A DNA stretch of 64,000 bases from Squalus acanthias. Its lineage: Eukaryota. The translations under genes were made by a program, and so were the position numbers. Positions 13,041 through 25,159 of the stretch are shown here, one piece after another. The notes under the pieces are model-generated. The model searched no databases. It was given only the letters and a program-made list of their open reading frames with translations, and was not told the DNA's origin. The DNA lies in assembly GCA_030390025.1 (NCBI GenBank), contig JASTWF010000339.1, forward strand, positions 62,001 to 126,000, read 5' to 3'. The stretch's first letter is position 1. Each line of letters begins with the position of its first letter.

Positions 13041-14529
13041 TTCACAAAATAGAACTCCGTGTACAGAGTGATAACAGTGTGGTAATTTGGACAAGAAAGA
13101 GATTACAAGCAGGTAGAATGCGTTTGGAGCAAAGTTAATAACATAGCCTGAAACTCCAGCACTTAGTGTCATTAAACACCGTCACAAACGCTCAGCCACC
13201 CGTGAGAGAGACAGTTGGGTAAAGCCCTGAATAAAATAACACACTGGGACATATGTACATTGTTGAATTCATCAAGTACTGGACCGGTTACAAATTCTTC
13301 TTGGATACACCTTATCTGTCGTAAACTCTGATAATTCAACGTGTGAATATCTGGCAAGACTGCAACATTATATGATCTGACAGGAGGATCTCCAGTCTAG
13401 TTGCAGTGGGGCTGTGGATCTGAACAGCAATCCCCAGCCAGCCCTGCAGTGGAAATATAGAGAAATGAGCTGGGCTTGGACATACAAGATCAAAATCTCC
13501 AACTGAGACCAAATCAGGGAGCTTGGGAACTGTGAAGAGGACTGTAAGTGACTTCAGTGTAAATACACAGGTTAAAAAAATGGGGTGGGTAAATGATAGA
13601 TGAAATTTATGGCGGAGAAATGTGAGGAGATACATTTTGGGATGAAGCAAAAGGCGATAAAATGTAGAATAAATGCGAGACCTTTAAAAGGAGTAGAGGA
13701 GCAAAGAGACTTAGGTCTATAAGATTCTAGCTGATGCCGTGTCTTATTAATTGGCAGGATCAAGAGTCTAGTGTCAGCAACTTTAATACCTTATTAGAAT
13801 ATAAGATGAGCAGATTCTCTGCCCTCTACCGTACCTTACATTGATCCATCAATCAGAGTAAACTTGCAAGTCGATGTGTCCACAGTAACTTACACGAGGT
13901 CAGCCCGTTGGATGGAACCTCGGGCGCCCTGAGCTTGATCTCCGGTGTCTCCAGTCCCGACTGCCCCCTTACATTAGGATCCCCTCAGTTTTATACCCTG
14001 TAGTGATCCATCTCTGGAACCTGACTCTTCTTTGTCTTCTCAGCTGGGTTTTGGCAGGAAGCGAGGGAAAGACAGCTGGAACTTCTCTAATCTGTGATTT
14101 ACAAGGACACTTTCCCTGGTTCCCAGCAGTTACTTTTCTTCAGTATTTGTCTCAACATCCCTGAACTAACCTACCTATTGTTGATGGTGTTATTTCTTAT
14201 AGTTTCACAATTATAGCTATAAAGATGACACATTATAATCTAACGTATTCTATTACTCATTCTGGTTCAATCTTATATTGTGGTTACTAACAGACAAACA
14301 CTGTTCTTTCCCCTGATCTGATGAGAGTTTGCACCCAGTGGATTCAGTGGAATGGAATGTCTTATCAGTGTTGCCATGGCGACCTGTCTGCAGTGAAAGA
14401 CCAGTTTGAGTTCCTAACTCAGACTAAATTTCTCTTTCTCATAATAAACATACCAGAAATTTAATGACAGTGTATTTTAGCCATGTTGTTAATATCTCTA
14501 AAACCTACAAGGGGTTCAGATACACAAAC

Positions 14530-14890
14530 CTTTAAAAGTTGGAGGACATGTTGAGAATTCTGTTACTAAAGCAGACGGGATATTTGGCTTAATAAGTAAA
14601 GGTATAGAGTACGATAGCAAGGAAGTTATCCTAAACCTTAATAAATCACTGGTTCGGCCTCAGCTGGATTATTGTGTTCAATTCTGGGCACCACACTTTA
14701 AGAAGGATGTCAAGGACTTGGAGACGGTACAGACTGGATTTACTGGAATGGTACCGGGGATGAGTGACTGCAGTTACATAGAGAGACGGAGAAAGCTAGG
14801 GTTGTTCTCCACAGATCAAAACATGTTAAGGGGAAATTGAATAGAGGTATACACATCGAAAATGGGCTTCATATTGTAAATAAATGGGGC
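14530..14890 (+). mobile_element. CR1 ORF2 3' fragment
   Basis: tataaatcactggttcggcctcagctggattattgtgttcaattctgggcaccac reads YKSLVRPQLDYCVQFWAP, matching the CR1 at about 6440-6490. Confidence 0.75.
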
Positions 14891-14929
14891 ATTATGAGCA
14901 AAGAGTGTCTGATTGAAACTCTCTCGAGT

Positions 14930-15633
14930 CAGGTACTGCACGAGTTAGACACAGAGTAAAGCTTCCTCTACACTTTCCCAGCAAACACTCCCAGGGCAGG
15001 TACAGCACGGGTTAGATACAGAGTAAAGCTCGCTCTACACTGTCCCATCAAACACTCCCAGGGCAGGTACAGCACGGGTTAGACACAGAGTAAAGCTCCC
15101 TCTACACTGTCCCAGCAAACACTCCCAGGGCATGTATAGCACGGGTTAGATACAGAGTAAAGCTCCCTCTACACTGTCCCAGCAAACACTCGCGGGGCAG
15201 TTATAGCACGGGTTAGATACAGAGTAAAGCTCCCTCTATACTGTCCCATCAAAAACTCCCAGGGCAGGTACAGCACGGGTTAGATACAGAGTAAAGCTCC
15301 CTCTACACTGTCCCAGCAAACACTCCCGGGGCAGGTATAGCACGGGTTAGATACAGAGTAAAGGTCCCTCTGCACTGTGCCATCAAACACTCCCAGGGCA
15401 GGTACAGCAGAGGTTAGATACAGAGTAAAGCTCGCTCTACACTGTCCCATCAAACACTCCCAGGGCAGGTACAGCGTGGGTTAGATACAGAGTAAAGGTC
15501 CCTCTACACTGTCCCAGCAAACACTCCCGGGGCAGGTATAGCACGGGTTACATACAGAGTAAAGGTCCCTCTACACTGTCCCATCAAACAATCTCAGGGC
15601 AGGTACAACACGGGTATAGATACAGAGTAAAGC
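14930..15633 (-). repeat. 67-bp satellite, short array (about 10 copies)
   Basis: Unit gggcaggtacagcacgggttagatacagagtaaagctccctctacactgtcccatcaaacactccca, the reverse complement of the 53323-59760 unit. Confidence 0.95.
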
Positions 15634-16189
15634 ACAGTTCCCTGGCCACCGACTCTCTCCCTGGCCACTTTCTGAGGCTGAGCCAGTAAGTTTGCCACCT
15701 CGGCGTTCTATTTGACCCTGTTCTGAGCATTCGGTCACCTCGATAACCCGAGTCTGTCAGCGGAGAGAAAGCCCCGCAGCCTCCGCCCCGCTCCACATCC
15801 ACCGGTCCCGTGGGCCGTTATTCGTCCGCATCCCGTGTTTATTAAATCTGCCTCGTGTTTTTATTACCCCACTGCGCCCCGTTCTCTTCTACCAGTCCCG
15901 CTCCCGCCTCCTCTATTCCTTCTGCTGTCTTCCTCCAGAGAGCAGCCGCCGGCCGGCACTGCACATCCTCAGGACAGACACTGTCCAGGAACGAGCGTCT
16001 ATTTTAGATAGGGCGTATTCGATAACAAGGAGCATTCGAGGTAAGCAGAAGCGTCATTGAGTTTCTGAAGAATTCGGGGACAATCTGTTATTTTTCATTT
16101 ATCTACAGCCTGTAATTCAAATAATACAAGGGGTCCGAGCTCCCCGTACTGTCCAGAGTGCCTCTCCTAACCTTGGTATCCCAAAGCAA

Positions 16190-16640
16190 AACCCCTAAAC
16201 CTAACACGCTAACCCCAACCACTGACCCCCAAACTGTAACCATAACCCCGTAACCCCATGCCTAACTCGAACACCCTAAGTATAACAACCTAACCCCAAC
16301 CCCTAACCCTCAAACTGTAACCCTAACCCGGTAACACCACCCCAACTCTAACATCCTAACCATAACACCCACACCCCAACCCCTAACTCCCAAACTGTAA
16401 CCCTAACCCGGTAACACCACCCCTAACTCTAACATCCTAAATATAACACCCAACCTCCAACCCCTAACCCCCAAACTGTAACCCTCACCCCGTAACCCCG
16501 CCCCTAACTCTAACATCCTAACCATAACACCCTAGCCCTAACCGCTAACCGAAACTCCGTAACCACACCCCTAACTGTAACATTCGAACCATAACACCCT
16601 AACCACTACCCTAACCTAAACCCTAACCGTAAACTATAAA
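16190..16640 (+). repeat. Degenerate telomere-like (CCCTAA) tract with about 80-bp periodicity
   Basis: Many ccctaac motifs; aaactgtaac recurs at 16231, 16312, 16392 and 16473. Confidence 0.8.
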
Positions 16641-16802
16641 CTAATCACTAAGCTGCTGCTGTCTCAATAGTGACTGTGACATCACCGTGAGCACCGGAAG
16701 GCGGCGGTGCCAACAGTTAATATTATCTCCTCCCTTCACTTCCTGCTCCAAATGCACCTCTCTGAGCTTCAGCCGCTACATTCACCATTTACCTGTAATA
16801 TT

Positions 16803-17560
16803 GGCCCAGAAATTAGACTTCGATGGTTGCCGCGGGGGTAAGGTTCCGGCGCGATCTTACCTACCTGCCTTTATGTTTCGGGTCCACACGAACTTCGGGT
16901 CCCGGGACTCTCCCTGGTGCCGGCGCAGCAGTGTGTGCGTGTCCCAGAGGCGCAGTTAGTTCGATGCGACCTCTGGGATCAGGTGGGCCATGGAGAGCCA
17001 ATGGCAGCACACCATCTTTCATTCATAGATTTGACTGGAAGAGCTGTCAAAACTATGAATACAAATTGCCCCAAAAGAACAGCTAAACCTCAAATAAATT
17101 AAAAAAAATCCATCACATTAATAAAATAACTATAGTTAAATAAATTAACCACTTTAAACAAAAATTTAAATTTTTGAAAAAATTTAAATTCTTTTTAAAA
17201 GTTATAAAAATAAACTTACCTTTCTTTAAAGTCTCTAAAAAAGATAAACCTGTTGACATTTTTTTTAAATAATACTTAATTAACTACTTACCTTGTTAAA
17301 AGGGGGTCTTACGCCTGCTTTTTTCATGTGTAAAATCTTCAATACTTAACCTCGCGTTGAAACCTGAAAAAAAACTAAGTGCGCTGCGTGCGCACAGCCT
17401 GTAGCGCGCACGCGGTTCACTTAGGAACCGCCCCCTTCGCAATATCGGAAGTGCCGGTTTCCCGCGCATGCGCAGTGCATGCAGGAAACCGGCACTTCGG
17501 GACCGAATACGCGAGAGTACACAGTGCGTACTCTCCCGTATTCAGCCGAAGTTTTGTGCC
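16803..17560 (+). mobile_element. Non-autonomous DNA transposon (MITE-like)
   Basis: Imperfect TIRs GGCCCAGAAATT / AAGTTTTGTGCC, GC-rich ends and AT-rich centre; second copy inverted at 45484-46249 with different flanks. Confidence 0.8.
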
Positions 17561-18049
17561 AATATTATCTCCATTACAGGCTGCTGATATATAAAAACAT
17601 CATTTAAGAATGGTCTCCTCCTGGGCTGAATCATTCTCTGATTCTATGGTCGGAGCTGGAAATGGCGTCTGGCCGTGCCCAGAATACACCGGGCGGCAGA
17701 TTTTTCCCTCTCGATATCAATGGAGGTCTGGAGCGAGCGGGTTAATAAACCCCGAGAGTCACAGGTTTTACAAACACCGAGTGCGGCTCCAGGACCGAAT
17801 ATAAAACAGTGAGCATTATCCCCGCTTCCCGCATCCGCCGGTTTCTCCCGTCTCACTCTGGCCCAAAACTGATCTAAACAAACGGCAAACTCCGGGACAG
17901 ATAGAGCGGTTTCTGAACCCCGGGATTGCGGGTAATCCGGCGGCCATTAGTGATCGTTTATAGATTAATCTTTGTAAGAGGCTGTCACAGATTAGAATCA
18001 ACACGAGTAAAGATACTGTCAGCGACACGGGGCGCTGGGGGAAGGGGAT

Positions 18050-18213
18050 CTAAACCCCACTTCGGGCCGAGGGGTCCGGTCCCAACACGGGGCCGGGAGT
18101 TCAGTCCCCACAGTGGCCGGTGGTTCAGTCCCTACAGTGGCCGGTGGTTCGCTCCCTACAGGGGCCGGTGGTTCACTCCCGACAGGGACGGGGGTTCAGT
18201 CCCTACAGGGGCC
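18050..18213 (+). repeat. About 24-bp GC-rich tandem repeat
   Basis: tggccggtggttcagtccctacag-like units, about 6 copies, ending at the edge of the duplicated segment. Confidence 0.75.
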
Positions 18214-19158
18214 TGCAAATTAAATAGATATCATTCGTATAACACTTGGGGACACAGCATGTGAGTAATTAGAGACATGACATGTTTTAATTGCAGCGTG
18301 CTCGGGAGGAACAGGTGACTGTGGTCCTATGGTTCCTAAAGCTCTCCACCACTGTGGTTTTCCTCACCTCATGTCTGGGTCTGTTGTAGATTAATCGATA
18401 GAGATTGATTGCGTGATTAGTCAACAACTCCATTATCATTGTATCCGGGGACTAACAGGATGGTAGAAATCGAACTAGACTTGAGTGTATAAAAGATAGT
18501 GAAGGTAATATTCTCATTTAATTTGATCAGTTTCGAATTTGTATGATTTTGTTGATTATTGTTTTGCCCCTTTACAAAGTTCGTTCGATTAATTTTCTTT
18601 TGTTTAATGACACTGGGATGACGTCCCAATTGGCCATTGAAAAGAGCAGAAAGTGACCTGGATGGTCGTTTATCTTTATCCTCCAGCAATTCCTCTGTTC
18701 CTGTGTCTATGGACATAGGAGTGCGGCTGTGGGGCGGTGAGCGGAGACCAATGCGTGGGGCCAGCGCGTGCTCCCATTTCAGAGCGTATCCGACCCTCAA
18801 GATCCAAACCATTCCCAGGAGGGAAATTGGGCCCTTCATTGAACAGTTAAACTTGATATCCAATCATAGATCAGAGGTCGGACTCCACATGAATGTAGAG
18901 ATACTCCAGGGCGCTCGGGGCTAGTGCGAATGTACCAGGCCTGAGTCAGAACGACAAGAGATCTGGAAACTAACTGAGAACGGGTTACAACACTGAATTG
19001 TGCGCTGATGCAGTTTCCCTCAAACATTCTTAATTTCACATTGGGTAAGGATCTTCGAGTAAGTGACTGTGTATCTGGGAGGGGGGCGTGTCTGACAGGG
19101 ACAAGAAGACACAACATGGAATATAAGGTACAATTCATAATATACTTTATTATTTTCA

Positions 19159-20066
19159 TCATTTAACTAATTTAACAATTAGACTCATTGGATATTTCAC
19201 CCCATTCTTTAACTCCTCTCTGAATTTACTCTGGGTCCCTGCATAAATAAACGGGTTGATGCAGGAACTCAAAAGCTGAAGGATAAATCCGCTTTCATTC
19301 AGAATAAAATTTGATTGATTGATATTTGTACCTGAAAAATAAGTAAGTTTCGCAATCCGGACATAGAGGAATCTTATAAGAAACAACAACCATAACAGGA
19401 TGAAAATGCCCGAGATACAGAAGAGTAAGAGGATGGACTTTCTCCGCTTCTCCATCTCTGGGTCAATCTGATTCTCTCCATTGCTGTGGGCCCGGAGTCT
19501 CCTGCGGGCTCTACTGGCCGCTAAAATGTGTCTGACGGTAAGAGCATTGAGCAGCAAAATCAGAATTAATGGGAGACACGGGGATAAAATGCGATTAATC
19601 CAGTCATATGCGATCCATGCTAGTGAGGTATAAAATGTTGATGTTATGCTGCAGAACCAGGGATTATTGTTAATTGTGTACAACGGTTCATATATAAAAT
19701 ATAAGAAGGTAGCTTTCAAACAGTTTAAGACACAGACCGTTCCTTTAACCACCGCCGCCGTTTTATCGGTGCAATATTTTATTTTCAGCTTCTGGCAACA
19801 AATGGCGACAAATCGATCAAAGGTGAAAGCGACCGTTACCCAGACAGAACTGTCGGTGACTGCATAGATTAGGGCAAAACGGAGACTACAGACCGGAGTG
19901 ATAGACAGGAAACTAAACGGGAAATAAATACCACCAATCCGGTTAAATATCACAGCGGTGATAATGACCAGAAGATCCGTCATCGCCATGGATACCAGGT
20001 ACAGAGTGATACATCTGGAGAGACCGCACCTTCCTCGGAACAGGATCACAATCACTGCCAAGTTAG
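19159..20066 (-). CDS. GPR139-like class A GPCR, coding exon 2 (intact)
   Basis: Uninterrupted ORF with 7TM features, DRF and NPFIY motifs; acceptor ttacAG at 20068-20067; joins exon 1 in phase 1 (G|CT = Ala) to give 325 aa. Confidence 0.9.
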
Positions 20067-20073
20067 CTGTAAC

Positions 20074-21210
20074 AGAGAGAGAGAGAGAGAGAGAAATTGA
20101 GAGAGTGACAGAGAGTGAATGTGTGTGAGAGAGAGGGAGAGAGAGTGAATGTGTGTGAGAGAGAGGGAGAGCGAGTGAATGAATGAGAGAGGGAGAGAGA
20201 GTGAATGTGTGTGAGAGAGAGGGAGAGAGAGTGAATGTGTGTGAGAGAGAGGGAGAGAGAGTGAATGAGTGTGTGAGAGAGGGAGAGCGAGTGAATGAGT
20301 GTTAGAGAGAGTGAATGAGTGTGAGAGAGGGGGAGAGTGAATGTGTGTGAGAGAGAGGGAGAGAGAGTGAATGAGTGTGTGAGAGAGGGAGAGCGAGTGA
20401 ATGAGTGTTAGAGAGAGGGAGAGAGAGTGAGTGAGTGTTAGAGAGAGGGAGAGCGAGTGAATGAGTGTTAGAGAGAGGGCCAGAGAGTGAATGAGTGTGT
20501 GAGAGAGGGAGAGCGAGTGAATGAGTGTTAGAGAGAGGGAGAGAGAGTGAATGAGTGTTAGACAGAGGGCCAGAGAGTGAATGAGTGTGAGAGAGGGAGA
20601 GCGAGTGAATGAGTGTTAGAGAGAGGGAGAGAGAGTGAATGAGTGTGTGAGTGAGAGAGAGAGTGAATGTGTGTGAGAGAGAGGGAAAGAGATTGAATAT
20701 GTGTGAGAGAGAGGGAGAGAGAGTGAATGTGTGTGAGAGAGGGAGAGAGTATTAATGTGTCTGTGAGAGAGTGAGAGAAAGTGAATGTGTGTGAGAGAGA
20801 GGGAGAGAGAGTTAATGTGTGTGAGAGTGAGGGAGAGAGTGTGAATGCGTGTGTGAGAGAGGGAAAGAGATTGAATATGTGTGAGAGAGAGGGAGAGAGA
20901 GTGAATGTGTGTGAGAGAGAGGGAGAGAGAGTTAATGTGTCTGAGAGAGAGGGAAAGAGATTGAATATGTGTGAGAGAGAGGGAAAGAGATTGAATATGT
21001 GTGAGAGAGAGTGAGAGAGAGTTAATGTGTGTGAGAGAGAGGGAGAGAGAGTGAATGTGTGTGAGAGAGAGTGAGAGAGAGTTAATGTGTGTGAGAGAGA
21101 GGGAGAGAGAGTTAATGTGTGTGAGAGAGAGTTAATGTGTGTGTGAGAGAGAGAGAGAGAGTTAATGTGTGTGAGAGAGAGTGAGAGAGAGTAAATGTGT
21201 GTAAGAGCGA
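20074..21210 (-). repeat. About 30-bp CT-rich minisatellite, expanded copy
   Basis: (gagagagggagagagagtgaatgtgtgtga)n on the + strand; paralogue of 7140-7540. Confidence 0.9.
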
Positions 21211-21609
21211 GAACAGGAAAATTACTGGTCCGACTCCCAGCAAGATCATCCATTTGACAAGATTCAGTGTGAAATTTACAGCTTTGACAAGTGATCCTGA
21301 GTTGAAAACAGATCGCTTACGCTGTGGGCACCTGCTTCTGTGTTTAAAATAATCCTCCAGATTAAAAATAAGACAGGTCAATGACATCGGAATGTAAAAT
21401 AATATAATGAATCCTGCAGGAGAACAAGAGAGCCTCGGAAAGACCTGGAAACGAAAGCCGGAACAACAAATAGAGAAAAAAATAACATATCATGACGCAT
21501 TAGAGAAGATATTTTGAGAGTAAATATGAAACCGACAAAGAAAGTGGAAAGTAACAAGAAAATAGGACACAATGCATTTAAAACGGATTATGTCCTGCGG
21601 ACGACCCAA

Positions 21610-21870
21610 AACGCCCTCATCCGATGAATTACTGTAAAATTATTCACTTATGGAAGTCAACTTGTGCCAAAAGATTCGCAAACAGCTTCTGTTCTTTGAG
21701 GAGGGGATGTTGCGAGGACACAGTGAAAACTCCGAGCTCTGCTTCTGATAGTCACCTGGGATCTTCGGTGTCCATCGTAACCACCGGAAGTGGCAGAGGA
21801 TGAGGCCTCATTCGGTGAAAGGCAGCTCCTGCAATGTAACACTTGCTCAGCACTGCACAGCGCTGTCTGG
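21610..21870 (-). mobile_element. Deu-SINE-like element (duplicate of 3960-4250)
   Basis: Reverse-complement match to 3960-4250. Confidence 0.45.
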
Positions 21871-21884
21871 ATAAATGATCCCGA

Positions 21885-24800
21885 ACAGTAAGTAGTGGGA
21901 ATGTTATGGGCTAATGATCCAGAGACGTGAGTTGAAAACCCACCACGACAGCTGGGGAATTTAAATTCAATTAATTACATAAATCTGGAATAGAATGCTA
22001 GTATCAGTAAAGGTGACCAAGTAACAGATTGTTGTAACAACACATCTGGCTCACGAATGTATTTTAGGGAAGGAAATCTGCCATTATTACCTGTGCTGGC
22101 CTATCTGTGACTCCAGACCCACAGCAATGTGGTTGTCTCGTAACTTCCCTCTGAAATGGCTGAGCAAGCCACTCAGTTGAAAAAAAAACACTGCGCAAAT
22201 TAATAAGAATAAAACCGGACGCACCACGCAGCATCGACCTCGGCATCGGCTACGGACACCCAGCCCAGCCCAGTCGACCCTACATATTCCTCCTCATCAA
22301 CATCTGGGGACTTGTGCCAAAATTGAGACAGCTGTCCCACAGACTAGTCAAGCAACAGCCTGACATCGTCATACTCACCGAATCATACCTTTCAGCCAAT
22401 ATCCCAAATTCCCCAATGCCCCAAACTCCTCCATCACAATCCCTGGGAATGTCCTGTCCCACCAGCAGGACAGACCCACCAGGGTGGCGGCACAGTGGTA
22501 TACAGTTGGTAAGGATCCCACAAGATTGAAATCGGACCCCAGGGAGTCACATGGATTCAGGTCAGGCATGGACAATGAAACCTCCTTCAGATTACCACTT
22601 ATCACCCTCCCTCAGCTGATGAATCAGCACTCCTCCATGTTGAACAACACTTGGAAGAAGCTCTGAGAGTAGCAAGGGCACAGAATGTACTCTGGGTGGG
22701 GGACTTCAAACTCCATCACCAGGAGTGGCTCGGTAGCACCACTACATGAAGAATATAACTGCCAGTCTGGACTGCGACAGGTGGTGGGAGAACCAACACG
22801 AGAGAAAAACCTACTTGACCTCATCCTCACCAATCTACCTGTCGCAGATGCATCTGTCCATGAAAGCATTGGTAGCAGTGGTCACCGCACAGTCATTGTG
22901 GAGACGAAGTCCCGTCTTCACACTGAGGACACCCTCCATCGTGTTGTGTGGCATTATCACCGTGCTAAATGGAATAGATTCAGAACAGATCTAGCAGCTC
23001 AAAACTGGGCATCCATGAGGCGCTGTGGGCCATCAGCAGCAGCAGAATTGTATTCCACCTCAATCTGTAACCCCATGGCCCGGCATGTCCCTCAATCTAC
23101 CATTACCATCAAGCCAGGGGACCAACCCTGGTTTAATAAGGAGTGTAGAAGAGCATGCCAGGGGCAGCACCAGGCGTACCTAAAATGCGGTGCCAAGCTG
23201 GGGAAGCTGAAACACAGGACTACATGCATGCTAAAAAGCGGAAGCAGCATGCTATAGACAGAGCTAATGATCCCACAATCAACGGATCAGATCAAAGCTC
23301 TGCAGTCCTGCGACATCCAGTCTTGAATGGTGGTGGACTATTAAACAACTAAAGGGAGGAGGCGGCTCCATGAATATCCCCATTCTCAATGATGGTAGAG
23401 CCCAGCACGTGAGTGCAAAAGACAAAGCTGAAGCATTTGCAACCATCTTCAGCCAGAAGCGCCGAGTAGATTATCTATATCGGCCTCCTCCTGAGGTCCC
23501 CACCACCACAGAAGCAATTCTTCAGCCAATTCACTCCGCGTGATATCAAGAAACGGCTGAGCGCGGTGGATACATCAAAGGCTGTGGGTCCCGACAACAT
23601 CCCGGCTATCGTGCTGAAGACTTGTGCTCCAGAACTAGCCGCGCCTTTAGCGAAGCTGTTCCAGTACAGCTACAACACTGACATCTATCCGATAATGTGG
23701 AAAACTGCCCAGGTATGTCCTGTCCACAAAAAGCAGGATAAATCCAATCCGGCCAATTACTGCCCCATCAGTCTACGCTAAATCATCAGCAAAGTGATGG
23801 AAGGTGTCATCGACAGTGCTATCAAGCAGCACTTACTCACCAATAACTTGCTCACTGATGCCCATTTTGGGTTCCGCAAAGACTACTCGGCTCCCGACCT
23901 CATTACTGCCTTGGTCCAAACATGGACAAAGGAGCTGAATTCCAGAGGTGAGATGAGAGTGACTGCCCTTGACATCAAGGCAGCATTTGACCGAGTGTGG
24001 CACCAAGGAGCCCTAGTAAAACTTAAGTCAATGGGAATCAGGGGGAAGACTCTCCATTGGCTGGAGTCACTCCTAGCACAAAGGAAGATGGTTGTGGTAG
24101 TTGGAGGTCAATCATCACAGCCCAAGCATATCGCTGCAGGAGTTCCTCAGGGCAGTGTCGCAGGCCCAACCATCTTCAGCTGCTTCATCAATGACCTTCC
24201 CTCCAACATAAGGTCAGAAATGGGGATGTTCGCTGATGACTGCACAGTGTTCAGCGCCATTCACAACTCCTCAGACAATGAAGAAGTCCATGCCCACATG
24301 CAGCAAGACCTGGACGACGTTCAGGCTTGAGCTGATAAGTGGCAGGTAACATTCGCGCTACACAAGTGCCAGGCAATGATTATCTCCAACAATCGAGTGT
24401 CTAACCAACTCCCCTTGACATTCAACGGCAATACCATCGGGGAATCCACCACCATCAATATCCTGGGGGTGACCATTGACCAGAAACTTAACTGGACCGG
24501 CCAGAGAAATACTGTGGTAACAAGAGCAGGTCAGAGGTTGGTATTCTGCGGCGAGTGTCTCACCTCCTGATTCCCCAAAGACTTTCCATCATCTACAAGG
24601 CACAAGTCAGCAGTGTGATGGAATATTCGCCACTTGCCTGGATGAGTGCAGCTACAAAAACAGTCAAGAAGCTCGACACCATCCAAGACAAAGCAGCCTG
24701 CTTGATCCACCACATTAAACATTCATTCCCTCCCCCACCAGCGTAATGAGGCTTCTTTGGCAGCATCTCCGAAACCCGCGAACACTATCACCTAGAAGCA

Positions 24801-25074
24801 CAAGGGCAGCAGGGGCTTGGGAACACCACCACCTCCAAGGTCACCTCCAAGTCACACACCATCGTGACTTGGAAATATATCGCCGTTCCTTCATCGTCGC
24901 TGGGTCAAAATCCTGGAACTCCCTCCCGAACAGCACTGTGGGAGTACCATCACAACACGACTGCAGTGGTTCAAGAAGGCGGCTCACCACCACCTTCTCA
25001 AGGGCAACTAGGGATAGGCAATAAATGCTGGCCTTGCCAGTGACGCCCACATCCCATGAACGAATAAAAAAAAA
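21885..25074 (+). mobile_element. Family B non-LTR retrotransposon, near full length, degenerate
   Basis: PDIVILTESYL, LDLILTN, GPDNIP, DIKAAFDRVWH, GVPQGS, MFADD motifs; tail cccatgaacgaat(a)n; lies in the GPCR intron. Confidence 0.88.
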
Positions 25075-25159
25075 GTTTTAGAGTGGATATTGAACTTAAA
25101 CCTTTGTGACTCAGTTATGCAGCCTCACTCAATGATTGAAGACGGGAACTCCCGGGCTC

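Noticed and set aside
12432..13052. 206-aa ORF with 21-aa repeats
   Set aside because: Translation of the 63-bp minisatellite (unit divisible by 3); no independent evidence of coding.
20558..21253. 231-aa Ser/Leu/His/Thr-rich ORF
   Set aside because: Translation of the CT minisatellite within the GPCR intron.
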